64,000 bases of DNA, taken from contig OY843751.1 in NCBI GenBank assembly GCA_963693055.1, positions 3,360,001 to 3,424,000 of the forward strand. The letters run 5' to 3'. The notes beneath the pieces were generated by a model. The model had not been told where the DNA came from. It did no database searches and worked only from the letters and a program-made list of their open reading frames with translations. The position numbers were made by a program, and so were the translations under genes. Below are positions 39,135 to 48,655 of the stretch, one piece after another. Within the stretch, counting starts at the first letter, position 1, and the number at the start of each line of letters is the position of its first letter. Source of the DNA: a bacterium (GTDB lineage: Bacteria > Zhuqueibacterota > Zhuqueibacteria > Residuimicrobiales > Krinioviventaceae).

Positions 39135-40397
39135 TTATTCCTGTCCCGGAGGCCACATACTCTGGCCCACATCGGTACGATAATAACTACTCAAGCAATA
39201 GATCTTTTTAATGTTCTGATAAGCTTTGGCAATAGCAACATCTAGTGAATTACCAATACCCACAATATCTGCAATACGGTGACCACTCATAAACAAGTGT
39301 TTATTGTTCTTGTCAACCACTTCATTCCACCAGATATCACATTCTGGCTTGCCATTCATTTGTACAGTTAAATATGGTCCGGTTATCTTTGTATAAGGGT
39401 ATCCCCAGCCCGCAAGTGTAAGCACACAGGCATGAGACAAACCACTGTTAAACTCGATATTGAGTTTCTGATTTTTGGCCGTATCCATCATAACCTTGAC
39501 AGGGTGTTTCAACATGCGCAGCAGGGGTAAACCGGCAGTAACTCCGGTACGTACATTGTATTCAAGCACATACCACTTGCCATCACGCTGAGCAGCTGTA
39601 ACCTGAACAGGGCCATTAAAATTGGTCTCCCTGAACCACGGCATAAGTGGATGTAAAAGCTGTTTCGCGAGTCCATATTTATCTTCTGTATCCACCTCTA
39701 CCAGGCCACCCAAAGGTGCACCGGCAACCGGGCCCATATTTCCATCAAATGCGCGCTTGTATTCCTGGTTTGTTACCAGTGAATAGATCTCTCCTCCACT
39801 CACCAGGGCAATATGACCGGCTTCGCGTCTGCCCATATATTCCTGCAGAAATACACCTTCGGCGTAATCTACATTTTCCAGCCAACTTTTGGTATCCACA
39901 ACGGTTTCACAAACTATGGTGTGAACCGGGCTGCCGGGACGGCATAATGGATTTTTAATTACATAAGGACGGGGATTCGCATCAACATATTTTAGAGCAT
40001 CCAACCGATTGGGCGCAACATGAGATTTGGGAAACGGTACATCATACCGCTCACACAATTGACGGGCAAAGTCACGGTCCCGTTCCAATTGCATGGCATC
40101 GTGTATAGGAGAAAAGATGTGAGTACCGGATTGTAAAAATTCATGCGTCCATTTCTCCTGATGCCAGTTAATGGACATGGGAAATACCAGATCAATTTTA
40201 TTTTTTCTAATCAACTCGCAGGGATTAGGAAAATCTTTATTATCAAAAACCTCACCCTCTTGCTGCGGACCATAGTGTCCGTAATCCCGTGTCAAATAGC
40301 AAGAGACTTTGGCACCATCCTCAGACAATATGCGCATTGCAGATTGGGCAAAAGAGCCCATTCCAAACACCATTATATGTGGTTTTCTTCCTAACAT
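39135..40397 (-). CDS. Divergent phosphoribosylamine-glycine ligase (PurD)-like ATP-grasp ligase
   Basis: PYVIK, FLQEYM, QEYKRAFDGNMGP, VLEYNVRTG, GYP and YYRTDVG follow the PurD order. The GSGGREHA, GLAAGKGV, NTGGMG and RFGDPE signatures are altered. Confidence 0.75.
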   Translation of the reverse strand: MLGRKPHIMVFGMGSFAQSAMRILSEDGAKVSCYLTRDYGHYGPQQEGEVFDNKDFPNPCELIRKNKIDLVFPMSINWHQEKWTHEFLQSGTHIFSPIHDAMQLERDRDFARQLCERYDVPFPKSHVAPNRLDALKYVDANPRPYVIKNPLCRPGSPVHTIVCETVVDTKSWLENVDYAEGVFLQEYMGRREAGHIALVSGGEIYSLVTNQEYKRAFDGNMGPVAGAPLGGLVEVDTEDKYGLAKQLLHPLMPWFRETNFNGPVQVTAAQRDGKWYVLEYNVRTGVTAGLPLLRMLKHPVKVMMDTAKNQKLNIEFNSGLSHACVLTLAGWGYPYTKITGPYLTVQMNGKPECDIWWNEVVDKNNKHLFMSGHRIADIVGIGNSLDVAIAKAYQNIKKIYCLSSYYRTDVGQSMWPPGQE

Positions 40398-40406
40398 ACT
40401 CTTCCT

Positions 40407-41012
40407 TTATTTAAGGGCGTTCCGTTTTTTAAACAATTCAAACTCTTTTTGTATCTTGTAACCTTTGAACTCTTTACGTATAATATCCATCAAGATGTCG
40501 TCATGATATTCTCCATTCAAATAACAGGCATGTCGTCTTTTACCTGCCGGTTTAAAACCCACTTTTTCATACAAGGCAGCAGCACGCTCATTAAACGCAT
40601 GAACACGTAGATAAAGGCTTTCCAGGTTCATTACATTAAACGCATAATCCATAACCAGCAGCAGGGATTCTTTGCCATACCCCATATTTTTACATTCATC
40701 CGGCCCAATAAAGATACCCAACTCTGCATAGCGATTAGTATAATCTAAACCCAATAGTGATATTGTACCAACTGGCTCACCGGATTTTTTAGCATAAATG
40801 GTAAAGAATCCTTCATTAGGCTTTGCCATATTCTGCAGCCAGTCCAGCTCCTGCTTGTGAGTTAGCAAAATATTTGTAGTGATACCGATCCCATTTTGCA
40901 TATCATGCACCCATTGGCGATATGTATCAGCCAGATCTTCTCGCATGGGACCTAAAATCACCTTATCCCCAACAAGCTTGGGAGAAATTAATTTTGTTTC
41001 CATAAGGTTCAC
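40407..41012 (-). CDS. RimJ/RimL-type GNAT N-acetyltransferase
   Basis: AELGIFIG, GYGKE, YAFNVMNL and NERAAALYEKVGF. Confidence 0.9.
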   Translation of the reverse strand: MNLMETKLISPKLVGDKVILGPMREDLADTYRQWVHDMQNGIGITTNILLTHKQELDWLQNMAKPNEGFFTIYAKKSGEPVGTISLLGLDYTNRYAELGIFIGPDECKNMGYGKESLLLVMDYAFNVMNLESLYLRVHAFNERAAALYEKVGFKPAGKRRHACYLNGEYHDDILMDIIRKEFKGYKIQKEFELFKKRNALK

Positions 41013-41015
41013 CTC

Positions 41016-42074
41016 TTAGCCACTAAAAAAGACAACCCATACCCAATCTATCAACAAATGTACTATGGCAGCAGCCATAATTTTTTTAGTTTTCACATAG
41101 GTTAATCCATAAGCATATCCTGCAATAGTTGCAAGGAGAATATAAGCCCACGGCATATGCCAAACACCCAAAGATCCCAAACTTATATCCAAAAAGGGAG
41201 CATTGCTGTTATTACCATGAGCAAGGCCGAATATTATTGACGAAATGACAAGTGCTTTTGTTTCAGCATTTTTTATTCCGTTCATTCGCCTCTGTATCAA
41301 ATTGTGAATAACGCCGCGAAAGAGCAATTCTTCAGGTATGGCCACAAAAAACAGGATTGTAACTAGACTGGAAACCATAAATCCCAGATCAAGAGAGTCA
41401 TCAGAAAAACGGATAAAATTAACCGCCATACCCAATACCAGGATGACCATACAAACAATCAGGAAATTTATAATTGCGGTTTGCCATTCCTTGTGTTTCA
41501 GGTTATATGTATATCCTACATCGGGCAATTGACGGATTACCAGATAATCATAAAACAACAACAGTAATCCAACCAAATGATATACCGCAATTCCACCATT
41601 CGGGGGTAAACTGGCAGAGGGAATTAAACCAAATTCTATAGGAAGCCATAATAATAAAATGATAGCAGCATCAATAGGTAAAAACTTTTTTTCTTTACCT
41701 CTTAAAAACTGCATCAAAAAAACAGGCAGCAGACAATAAATCAAACCGATACCAAGAATAAAAAATGCAAACGGGCCAGTCAGAACGGTATACAAGCTGG
41801 CAATAATCCATAAAGAAAAGGGGAAATACCATATGGTTGTTGGTTTATCATCCACATATTTTTGCAATATCTTGACAAGTGTACTACTTGAAAAAAAGAT
41901 ATAAATAGAAATCAGCACAAGAAAAACCAAAAAGCTGGTTAACAGTTCACCAACTGACAGTTGCATACGCAACACACTAAATGCATATGTGAATGCAAGA
42001 ATAGCAATAATGATAAGAGAAGAACGAATGTCTTTACTGAGCGATTGACGTTGATAATCTTTTAAAGCAACCAT
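41016..42074 (-). CDS. CPBP (Abi/CAAX) family intramembrane glutamic endopeptidase
   Basis: EELLFRG, FGLAH and AAAIVH motifs, many TM helices. GGAGG SD before ATG 42074. Confidence 0.9.
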   Translation of the reverse strand: MVALKDYQRQSLSKDIRSSLIIIAILAFTYAFSVLRMQLSVGELLTSFLVFLVLISIYIFFSSSTLVKILQKYVDDKPTTIWYFPFSLWIIASLYTVLTGPFAFFILGIGLIYCLLPVFLMQFLRGKEKKFLPIDAAIILLLWLPIEFGLIPSASLPPNGGIAVYHLVGLLLLFYDYLVIRQLPDVGYTYNLKHKEWQTAIINFLIVCMVILVLGMAVNFIRFSDDSLDLGFMVSSLVTILFFVAIPEELLFRGVIHNLIQRRMNGIKNAETKALVISSIIFGLAHGNNSNAPFLDISLGSLGVWHMPWAYILLATIAGYAYGLTYVKTKKIMAAAIVHLLIDWVWVVFFSG

Positions 42075-42132
42075 TAATGGTCCCTCCTGTTTTATAGAAA
42101 ACAATATAAGAAATTCAACAACGTCTTTCAAT

Positions 42133-42167
42133 AAAAAGGTTGTCCCGGTTATCATCAAACCGGGACA
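42133..42167 (-). terminator. Intrinsic terminator ending the lysine operon
   Basis: Minus strand TGTCCCGGTT-TGATGAT-AACCGGGACA-ACCTTTTT just after the lysA stop. Confidence 0.75.
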
Positions 42168-42179
42168 GTTTGGCAAGAG

Positions 42180-43496
42180 CTACTTCAAAGGTACTTCATT
42201 TTGTATCATTTGTTCAACAGTTTGTTTTTTACGAACAATCTGTGTTTCACCGGATACCTTGAATAAAATTTCGGGGGTTTGAGAGTATGAATTATAATTG
42301 TGGAGCGCCATACCTGAGCAATAAGCACCACTTCCACCAATTACTACATGATCACCTATTTCAGGATCAGCCATCACTCGTGGAACAATATGCCCGTGAT
42401 CATCCAAACACTGAGAGTCTCCGGTTTCACAGCAACGTCCCACAACAACACGCTGGTCCTGTTCAGGATCCAGGTCATACAAATCAAATTCAGAAGATAA
42501 TATTTCACCATCATGAGCTACAACATAAAACGGATGCTGAGATCCATACAATAGTGGTCGGGTGTTGGATTCCATACCACCATCCAGAACCAGAAAACGG
42601 AACCCATCTTCACCAGTTTGTTTTTTATCGATTACCGTAGTTACCAGGTAACCCGCATTGGCTATCATAAACGTGCCGGGCTCAATTTCCATAACCAGTT
42701 TACGACCGGTCTTTTGATAAAATGCTTCCAGATGCTCAGTAGCATATTTACCCAATTTATCAATATCTGCTGCATATTCGTCAGGCATACGTGCTTCTTT
42801 GAATCCACCACCAAAGTTGATGGTGGTTGCTTTGGGAAACCATTTTTCAACAAAATCCAGTTCACGGTCAATACTGTCGCGCCATTCATCTGGATCACCA
42901 CCGGAACCGACATGATTATGGACCGTGTCAAACACCAAACCTTTTTCATTTGCAAATTTCATGGCATCATCCAGTTCGGTTATATGTACACCAAAGCTGG
43001 CATACTTGTCACCCGTATTGCGAGATTCAGATTCTCCTGTACCCACACCGGGATGAATACGCATGGAAAGCTTGATATTCTTTTGCGACGCAAAGTCTGC
43101 AATTAATTTTAATTGACGTAATGAACAGACATTGTATTTCAAGCCTTCAAGAATCATTTGTTCCATAGCTTCGCGATCATTGCCCATGGGTACTTCTTGC
43201 GTTGTCAGCATAATATCTTTATAAGGTATACCTGCCAGATATGCTCTTCGTACTTCATTTAATGAACTGGCATCAATATGACAACCTTGTTTATGCAAAA
43301 GCTGCAATATGGCCATATTGGGATTTGCCTTCATTGCATAACTTACTCCAAGTCCATACGCGTTAGGCATGGAAAGTACCTGGTTGCACTTTTCAAGAAT
43401 TAGTGCTTCGTCATACAAGTAAAAGGGAGTTTGAAATTCAGAAACAGTGCTGGCAATCACATCACCGGTAACCATTCCATGACCTGATAATAACAT
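42180..43496 (-). CDS. lysA: Diaminopimelate decarboxylase
   Basis: TPFYLYDE, YAMKAN, HVGSG, NFGGG, EPG and CCETGD. Last gene of the dap operon. Confidence 0.9.
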   Translation of the reverse strand: MLLSGHGMVTGDVIASTVSEFQTPFYLYDEALILEKCNQVLSMPNAYGLGVSYAMKANPNMAILQLLHKQGCHIDASSLNEVRRAYLAGIPYKDIMLTTQEVPMGNDREAMEQMILEGLKYNVCSLRQLKLIADFASQKNIKLSMRIHPGVGTGESESRNTGDKYASFGVHITELDDAMKFANEKGLVFDTVHNHVGSGGDPDEWRDSIDRELDFVEKWFPKATTINFGGGFKEARMPDEYAADIDKLGKYATEHLEAFYQKTGRKLVMEIEPGTFMIANAGYLVTTVIDKKQTGEDGFRFLVLDGGMESNTRPLLYGSQHPFYVVAHDGEILSSEFDLYDLDPEQDQRVVVGRCCETGDSQCLDDHGHIVPRVMADPEIGDHVVIGGSGAYCSGMALHNYNSYSQTPEILFKVSGETQIVRKKQTVEQMIQNEVPLK

Positions 43497-43507
43497 ATAA
43501 TTGTATC

Positions 43508-44740
43508 CTATTCTAATCTCAAATTTTCTTTAATACTTTTAACTGCTGCTTTAATATCATCCAAATGTCCAAATGCACTCAACCGGAAAAAACCTTCACC
43601 ACTGGACCCAAAACCTGAACCCGGTGTACCAACAACATGAGTTTCGGTTAACAGCTTGTCAAAAAACTCCCATGATGTTAAACCATTGGGGGTTTTCATC
43701 CAGATATATGGAGCATTATCTCCACCGAAAACGGTAATTCCCAGCTCTTGTAAACCTGAACGAATGATCTTTGCATTGTTCATGTAATAATCAACTAGTC
43801 CCATACATTCTTTCATACCCTGTTCGGATAATGAAGCAAGGCCTCCCTCCTGCACAACATTAGCTGCTCCATTAAAAAAAGTAGATTGACGACGGTTCCA
43901 TAATGCATTAACTTTGCCTGGTTCGGCATCTTCGGTTACCAATGCTTCCGGCACAATAGCCCAACCCAAACGAACGCCGGTAAAACCGGCAACCTTGGAA
44001 AAGCTGTTAATCTCTATTGCGCATTCTTTTGCACCTTTTACCTCGAATATTGTACGGGGTAATGACGGATCTTTAACAAATGCAGAATATGCCGCATCAA
44101 AAATGATAACGGATTTGTTTTCGCGAGCATAGTCCACAAAAGTTTTTAACTGCGCGTGTGTTGCCACAGTACCTGTAGGATTATTGGGACTGCAAAGATA
44201 GATGAGATCTGCTTTTTCTTTTGGCAGATCAGAGAAAAAGCCGTTTTCTTCATTACATGGCATATAAATCAAACCATCATAGCAACCTTTATCCGGATTA
44301 TATTCACCGGTTCGTCCGGCAATAACATTGGTATCAACATATACCGGGTAAGCAGGGTCCTGAACAGCAACTACATTACTCTGTGCGAAAATCGATTGAA
44401 TATTACCTGCATCAGGTTTTGCTCCATCACTCACAAAAAACTCACTTACATCCAGATCTACATTGTAGGTTTTGTACAAAGCCTGCAATGCTTCACGTAA
44501 CCGAACATCACCCTGTTCATCACCATAACCGGAATAGGTGTCAATATTTGCCAGCTTATCTACACCCAAATGCAATCCTTTTACCACTTCCGGGGTCAGC
44601 GGCTCAGTGGTATTTCCAATTCCCAGTTTCATTATCTTTGCATTGGGATTATTTTCGAGGAACAATCGGGTGCGCTTCGCAATTTCGGGAAACAGATAAC
44701 CTGCAGCCAGTTTATTATAATTTGAATTTATTTTTGCCAT
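43508..44740 (-). CDS. dapL: LL-diaminopimelate aminotransferase
   Basis: GYLFPEI, GYGDEQG, SDGAK, CSPNNPTG, SFSKVAGFTGVRLG and TPGSGFG. Confidence 0.95.
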   Translation of the reverse strand: MAKINSNYNKLAAGYLFPEIAKRTRLFLENNPNAKIMKLGIGNTTEPLTPEVVKGLHLGVDKLANIDTYSGYGDEQGDVRLREALQALYKTYNVDLDVSEFFVSDGAKPDAGNIQSIFAQSNVVAVQDPAYPVYVDTNVIAGRTGEYNPDKGCYDGLIYMPCNEENGFFSDLPKEKADLIYLCSPNNPTGTVATHAQLKTFVDYARENKSVIIFDAAYSAFVKDPSLPRTIFEVKGAKECAIEINSFSKVAGFTGVRLGWAIVPEALVTEDAEPGKVNALWNRRQSTFFNGAANVVQEGGLASLSEQGMKECMGLVDYYMNNAKIIRSGLQELGITVFGGDNAPYIWMKTPNGLTSWEFFDKLLTETHVVGTPGSGFGSSGEGFFRLSAFGHLDDIKAAVKSIKENLRLE

Positions 44741-44756
44741 AAAAATTTCCTTGTTG

Positions 44757-45611
44757 TCAAATTTGCGTTTCAAATACTTCCGGAACAATAACACCTTCAC
44801 CAATCCGGGTTACCGGACCGGTCATAACAATATCAAAATCATCCGAGATTTTTATAGACAGCACACCACCGGGCGAATGCACAGTGATATCATTATCACA
44901 CAGACCCAGTTTGTGCGCAACAGAAGCTGCGGCACTGCTGCTGCTTCCTGATGCCAAAGTATAGCCTGCACCACGTTCCCATATCTCTATCTGAATATTG
45001 TTTCGATCAAGCACTTTTAAAAACTGTACATTAATCTTGTTTGGAAACATTTCATGCGTTTCCAAAACGGGGCCATATTTCACAGCCAGTTCTTTGGAAA
45101 TTTCATCCAATGGAACAATACAATGGGGGTTGCCAATAGAGGCGGCACAAAAAGTAAATGTGCGCTCAAGCGCCTCTATCGGCTCTTGGATCACCTGACG
45201 GGGTTCACCTGCAACAGGTATTTCATTACTGGTAAAGGTAATCCGCCCCATTTCAACAGTTATACGTTTTCCATTATCCATCACTTTAGACTCAACCAGC
45301 CCACCGGGAGTATCAATGGTAAAGGGCTTATCAGACACCTTTTTCATGTCCCATAAATAGCGTGAAAAAATTCGTAAACCATTTCCACTTTTTTCTGCTT
45401 CGCTTCCATCAGGATTATAAATTCTTAATCCGAATTCTCCTTTATCCGAAGGCAGCGGGCCATACAAGATGCCATCCGAACCAATTCCAAAATTACGATG
45501 GCATATAACTTTGATCTGGTGCTCGGTAAAACCCGGACCAAAATCTGCAGGATCGATCACAATATAATCGTTACCCAAAGCATGATATTTAAAAAATCTT
45601 ATATTTTCCAT
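44757..45611 (-). CDS. dapF: Diaminopimelate epimerase
   Basis: KYHALGNDY, GIGSDG, NPDGSEAEKSGNG, GNPH and ERGAGYTLASGSS. Ser replaces both catalytic Cys. Confidence 0.88.
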   Translation of the reverse strand: MENIRFFKYHALGNDYIVIDPADFGPGFTEHQIKVICHRNFGIGSDGILYGPLPSDKGEFGLRIYNPDGSEAEKSGNGLRIFSRYLWDMKKVSDKPFTIDTPGGLVESKVMDNGKRITVEMGRITFTSNEIPVAGEPRQVIQEPIEALERTFTFCAASIGNPHCIVPLDEISKELAVKYGPVLETHEMFPNKINVQFLKVLDRNNIQIEIWERGAGYTLASGSSSSAAASVAHKLGLCDNDITVHSPGGVLSIKISDDFDIVMTGPVTRIGEGVIVPEVFETQI

Positions 45612-45621
45612 TCATTCTCTC

Positions 45622-46536
45622 TTAGATCAGATTCATTTCTTTTAATACTGCTGCCAATTTATCTTTACTTTCCTGCTTCATTCCCACAAGTGGCAATCTG
45701 ACGTTTGCACCGTCAATCTTGCCCATCATTTGAAGGGCAGTTTTAGCAGGCACAGGATTAGTTTCTATAAAATTTATTTCCATCAGGTTTAATAATTTAT
45801 AATGGAGTTCTCGGGCCTTGTCCCAGTTGCCATCAAGAGCATAATGTACCATATCACTCAACATTTTTGGGGTTTCGTTGGCAACTACGGAAATAATTCC
45901 ATCACCACCCAGGGCCATCATGGCCAAAGAAATTGCATCATCTCCCGAGAGTACAAGAAAATCCTGAGGACGATCTTGAAGTATTGCCATAATCTGGTTA
46001 AAATTACCGCTGGCTTCCTTAACTGCAATAATATTTGGTATCTGTGCCAAACGTAATGTTGTTTCAGCAGATATATTACTGCTGGTCCGCCCAGGAACAT
46101 TGTACAAAACGACAGGAACGTTAATAGCTTCTGCAATGGTCTTAAAATGCTGGTACAGACCTTCCTGGGTCGGTTTATTGTAATAAGGAGCAACAGACAA
46201 CACTGCATCTGCGCCGGCTTTTTCAGCAAATTTTGAAAGTGAAATGGCCTCTGTTGTAGAATTACTACCTGCACCACACAGAACAGGTACGCGTCCATTC
46301 ACATGAGAAATAGTGGTTTCAATAACTTTTTGATGTTCTTCATGGGACATGGTTGCACTTTCACCTGTGGTTCCACAGGTCAAAATCACATCTGTTCCCT
46401 GTTCAATCTGCCAATCCAATAATCGCTTATAACCTTCATAATCAATATCACCATTGTTCATAAACGGGGTGATGATCGCTACGGAAGAACCGCGAAATCT
46501 GGAAGCATCCATCATAACATCCTTTCTTTTTATCAT
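45622..46536 (-). CDS. dapA: 4-hydroxy-tetrahydrodipicolinate synthase
   Basis: GTTGES, PYYNKP, LYNVPGRT, VKEASG and ETNPVP. The start could be about 21 nt further downstream. Confidence 0.97.
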   Translation of the reverse strand: MIKRKDVMMDASRFRGSSVAIITPFMNNGDIDYEGYKRLLDWQIEQGTDVILTCGTTGESATMSHEEHQKVIETTISHVNGRVPVLCGAGSNSTTEAISLSKFAEKAGADAVLSVAPYYNKPTQEGLYQHFKTIAEAINVPVVLYNVPGRTSSNISAETTLRLAQIPNIIAVKEASGNFNQIMAILQDRPQDFLVLSGDDAISLAMMALGGDGIISVVANETPKMLSDMVHYALDGNWDKARELHYKLLNLMEINFIETNPVPAKTALQMMGKIDGANVRLPLVGMKQESKDKLAAVLKEMNLI

Positions 46537-47258
46537 GACTGGTTCATGTCGTTCATAAAATCATCCATTGTAAAAACCCCCTTTTTCCCAATCAGCCATT
46601 CTGCGGCAAGCACAGATCCAAAAGCAAAACCTTCGCGACTATGTGCCTGATGACGAAGAGTTATGGTATCGTAAGCAGAATCAAAACCGATTTCATGGGT
46701 ACCCGGTATACGTCCCACCCGGGACGAGGTTACATGTAAACTTTTAGGATTAATTACTCCATGACTGGTTTCAAAAAAAGGGTTATCTTTATATTCAAGG
46801 TTTTCCAGCAATACCTCTGTCAGCTTTTTAGCAGTGCCACTGGGGCTGTCTGCTTTGCCAGTATGGTGCCATTCATGCAAATAACAATCATAGCTATCAA
46901 GTTTAGCCATGAGTTTTGCTGCCGCTTGTACAATTTTAGTAAACTGGTAAACACCAATAGAAAAATTGGGGCTTGTAATCATTGTTAGGTTCTCAATCGC
47001 TACTGCTTTATCATAATCATCAAGCCAGCCGGTAGTACCTTCAACAATGGGAACACCCAAACCAGCGGCTGTTTGCAGATTGTTCATAACTGCACCTGCA
47101 AGTGTAAAATCGATCAAAACCTCAGCACCGTTAAGATCAGAATTTAAATCAAACGGCTGATCAACATCAAAAACTGCGTTTATGGAATGACCTCGGGATT
47201 TTGCAATATCTTCTACCTGATGCCCCATTCGGCCGTATCCTAAAATACCTAATTTCAT
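46533..47258 (-). CDS. dapB: 4-hydroxy-tetrahydrodipicolinate reductase
   Basis: GYGRMG, IDFT, GTTG, NFSIGV and EWHHTGKADSPSGTA. Confidence 0.96.
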   Translation of the reverse strand: MKLGILGYGRMGHQVEDIAKSRGHSINAVFDVDQPFDLNSDLNGAEVLIDFTLAGAVMNNLQTAAGLGVPIVEGTTGWLDDYDKAVAIENLTMITSPNFSIGVYQFTKIVQAAAKLMAKLDSYDCYLHEWHHTGKADSPSGTAKKLTEVLLENLEYKDNPFFETSHGVINPKSLHVTSSRVGRIPGTHEIGFDSAYDTITLRHQAHSREGFAFGSVLAAEWLIGKKGVFTMDDFMNDMNQS

Positions 47259-47266
47259 AATAATCC

Positions 47267-48655
47267 TTAATTATTGTCTGCAAAAATATTTTTATCATAA
47301 TCTCCGCCAAAGAAATAATTATGCAAAGATTTGATAACTTTTTCAAGATCAGATTCATTGATAACAAAACTAAGATTAATCTCTGAAGCGCCCTGTGAAA
47401 TCATATGAATATGCACATCATCTACCAGATTAAAAATCTTGGCCGGCATTCCGGGAGTTCTTTTCAAATTTTCACCTACAAGGCAAACAATAGCATTATC
47501 GTGAGCTATATTTACAACTGCAAACGCGTTCAATTCCTGTGTAATTTCATCCAGATGTTCGGTACTATCAATGGTAATAGATACACTGACCTCGGAAGTA
47601 GATACAAGATCAACAGCTGTTTTATATTTTTCAAAGATATTAAAAATCGATGCCATAAAACCATGTGCCATCAACATTCGGGTGCTGTGTACGGTTATAA
47701 CCGTTAACGCTTCTTTATACGCTATAGATTTAACAACACATTCTTCCTCGGTCATTTTATCAGATGGCGCAATCTTGGTCCCATCTTTTTCCGGGTGCAT
47801 TGAATTTAATACATAAACCGGCACGCCTTTGGCAACTGCCGGTAACATGGTAGAAGGATGTAAGACTTTGGCCCCAAAATAAGCCAACTCGGCTGCTTCA
47901 TCAAAGCTCATTAATAAAATGCGTTTTGCTTCGGGCAATAAAGATGGATCAGCAGTTAAAACTCCACTCACATCCGTCCAAATTTCAACAGCTTCCGCAC
48001 CTATCATGGCACCAACCAGAGATGCTGAATAATCAGAGCCGCCTCTGCCAAGTGTAGTTATCTTGCCGTTCTCATCACGGCCAATGAATCCCTGCATAAC
48101 CGGAATTTTGCCTTCCTGCACAAGCGGTAACAGGATTCGTTTAGCATTTTCTGTTGAAGGGCCATCCTTTGGCAGCGCACTGCCATAATTCGAGTCAGTC
48201 ACCAATATATCTCTGGCATCTGCCATAATACCATTCATGCCGATTTTATCCATATAAGCAGCAAGAATATTGGATGATAAATATTCACCAATGCTTAACA
48301 ACTCGTCAATCAAATCTTTAGCAGGATTTCCTGCATAAGATAGTGCCTCACACACTGATTGAAGCTGCTCAATTGTATCATCCAGACGGGTTTTTAAAAG
48401 CGCATTATCATCAACCTGTAAATCATTAATTATCGTCTGATGACGATTTCTTATTTCAGACAAAATTCCTTTAACATTATCCAAATCACCTTTAACAGCA
48501 GTCTTGCTCAAAGCCACAAGATTATCGGTAAGGCCGCCAACTGCCGATACAACAATTACAGGTGATTTATCTTGACGGGATTGAATAATTTCTGTAACCC
48601 GACGCATAGCTGCAGCATCGGCAACCGATGTTCCGCCGAATTTCATTACGATCAT
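47267..48655 (-). CDS. lysC: Aspartokinase (lysine-sensitive type, two ACT domains)
   Basis: VMKFGGTSV, TLGRGGSDYSA, WTDVSG and FGAKVLHP. ATG 48655 overlaps the upstream stop (ATGA). Confidence 0.96.
   Translation of the reverse strand: MIVMKFGGTSVADAAAMRRVTEIIQSRQDKSPVIVVSAVGGLTDNLVALSKTAVKGDLDNVKGILSEIRNRHQTIINDLQVDDNALLKTRLDDTIEQLQSVCEALSYAGNPAKDLIDELLSIGEYLSSNILAAYMDKIGMNGIMADARDILVTDSNYGSALPKDGPSTENAKRILLPLVQEGKIPVMQGFIGRDENGKITTLGRGGSDYSASLVGAMIGAEAVEIWTDVSGVLTADPSLLPEAKRILLMSFDEAAELAYFGAKVLHPSTMLPAVAKGVPVYVLNSMHPEKDGTKIAPSDKMTEEECVVKSIAYKEALTVITVHSTRMLMAHGFMASIFNIFEKYKTAVDLVSTSEVSVSITIDSTEHLDEITQELNAFAVVNIAHDNAIVCLVGENLKRTPGMPAKIFNLVDDVHIHMISQGASEINLSFVINESDLEKVIKSLHNYFFGGDYDKNIFADNN

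Noticed and set aside
39135-40397. Naming this gene purD
   Set aside because: Key PurD substrate-binding signatures are altered and there is no purine context, so it is kept as PurD-like.
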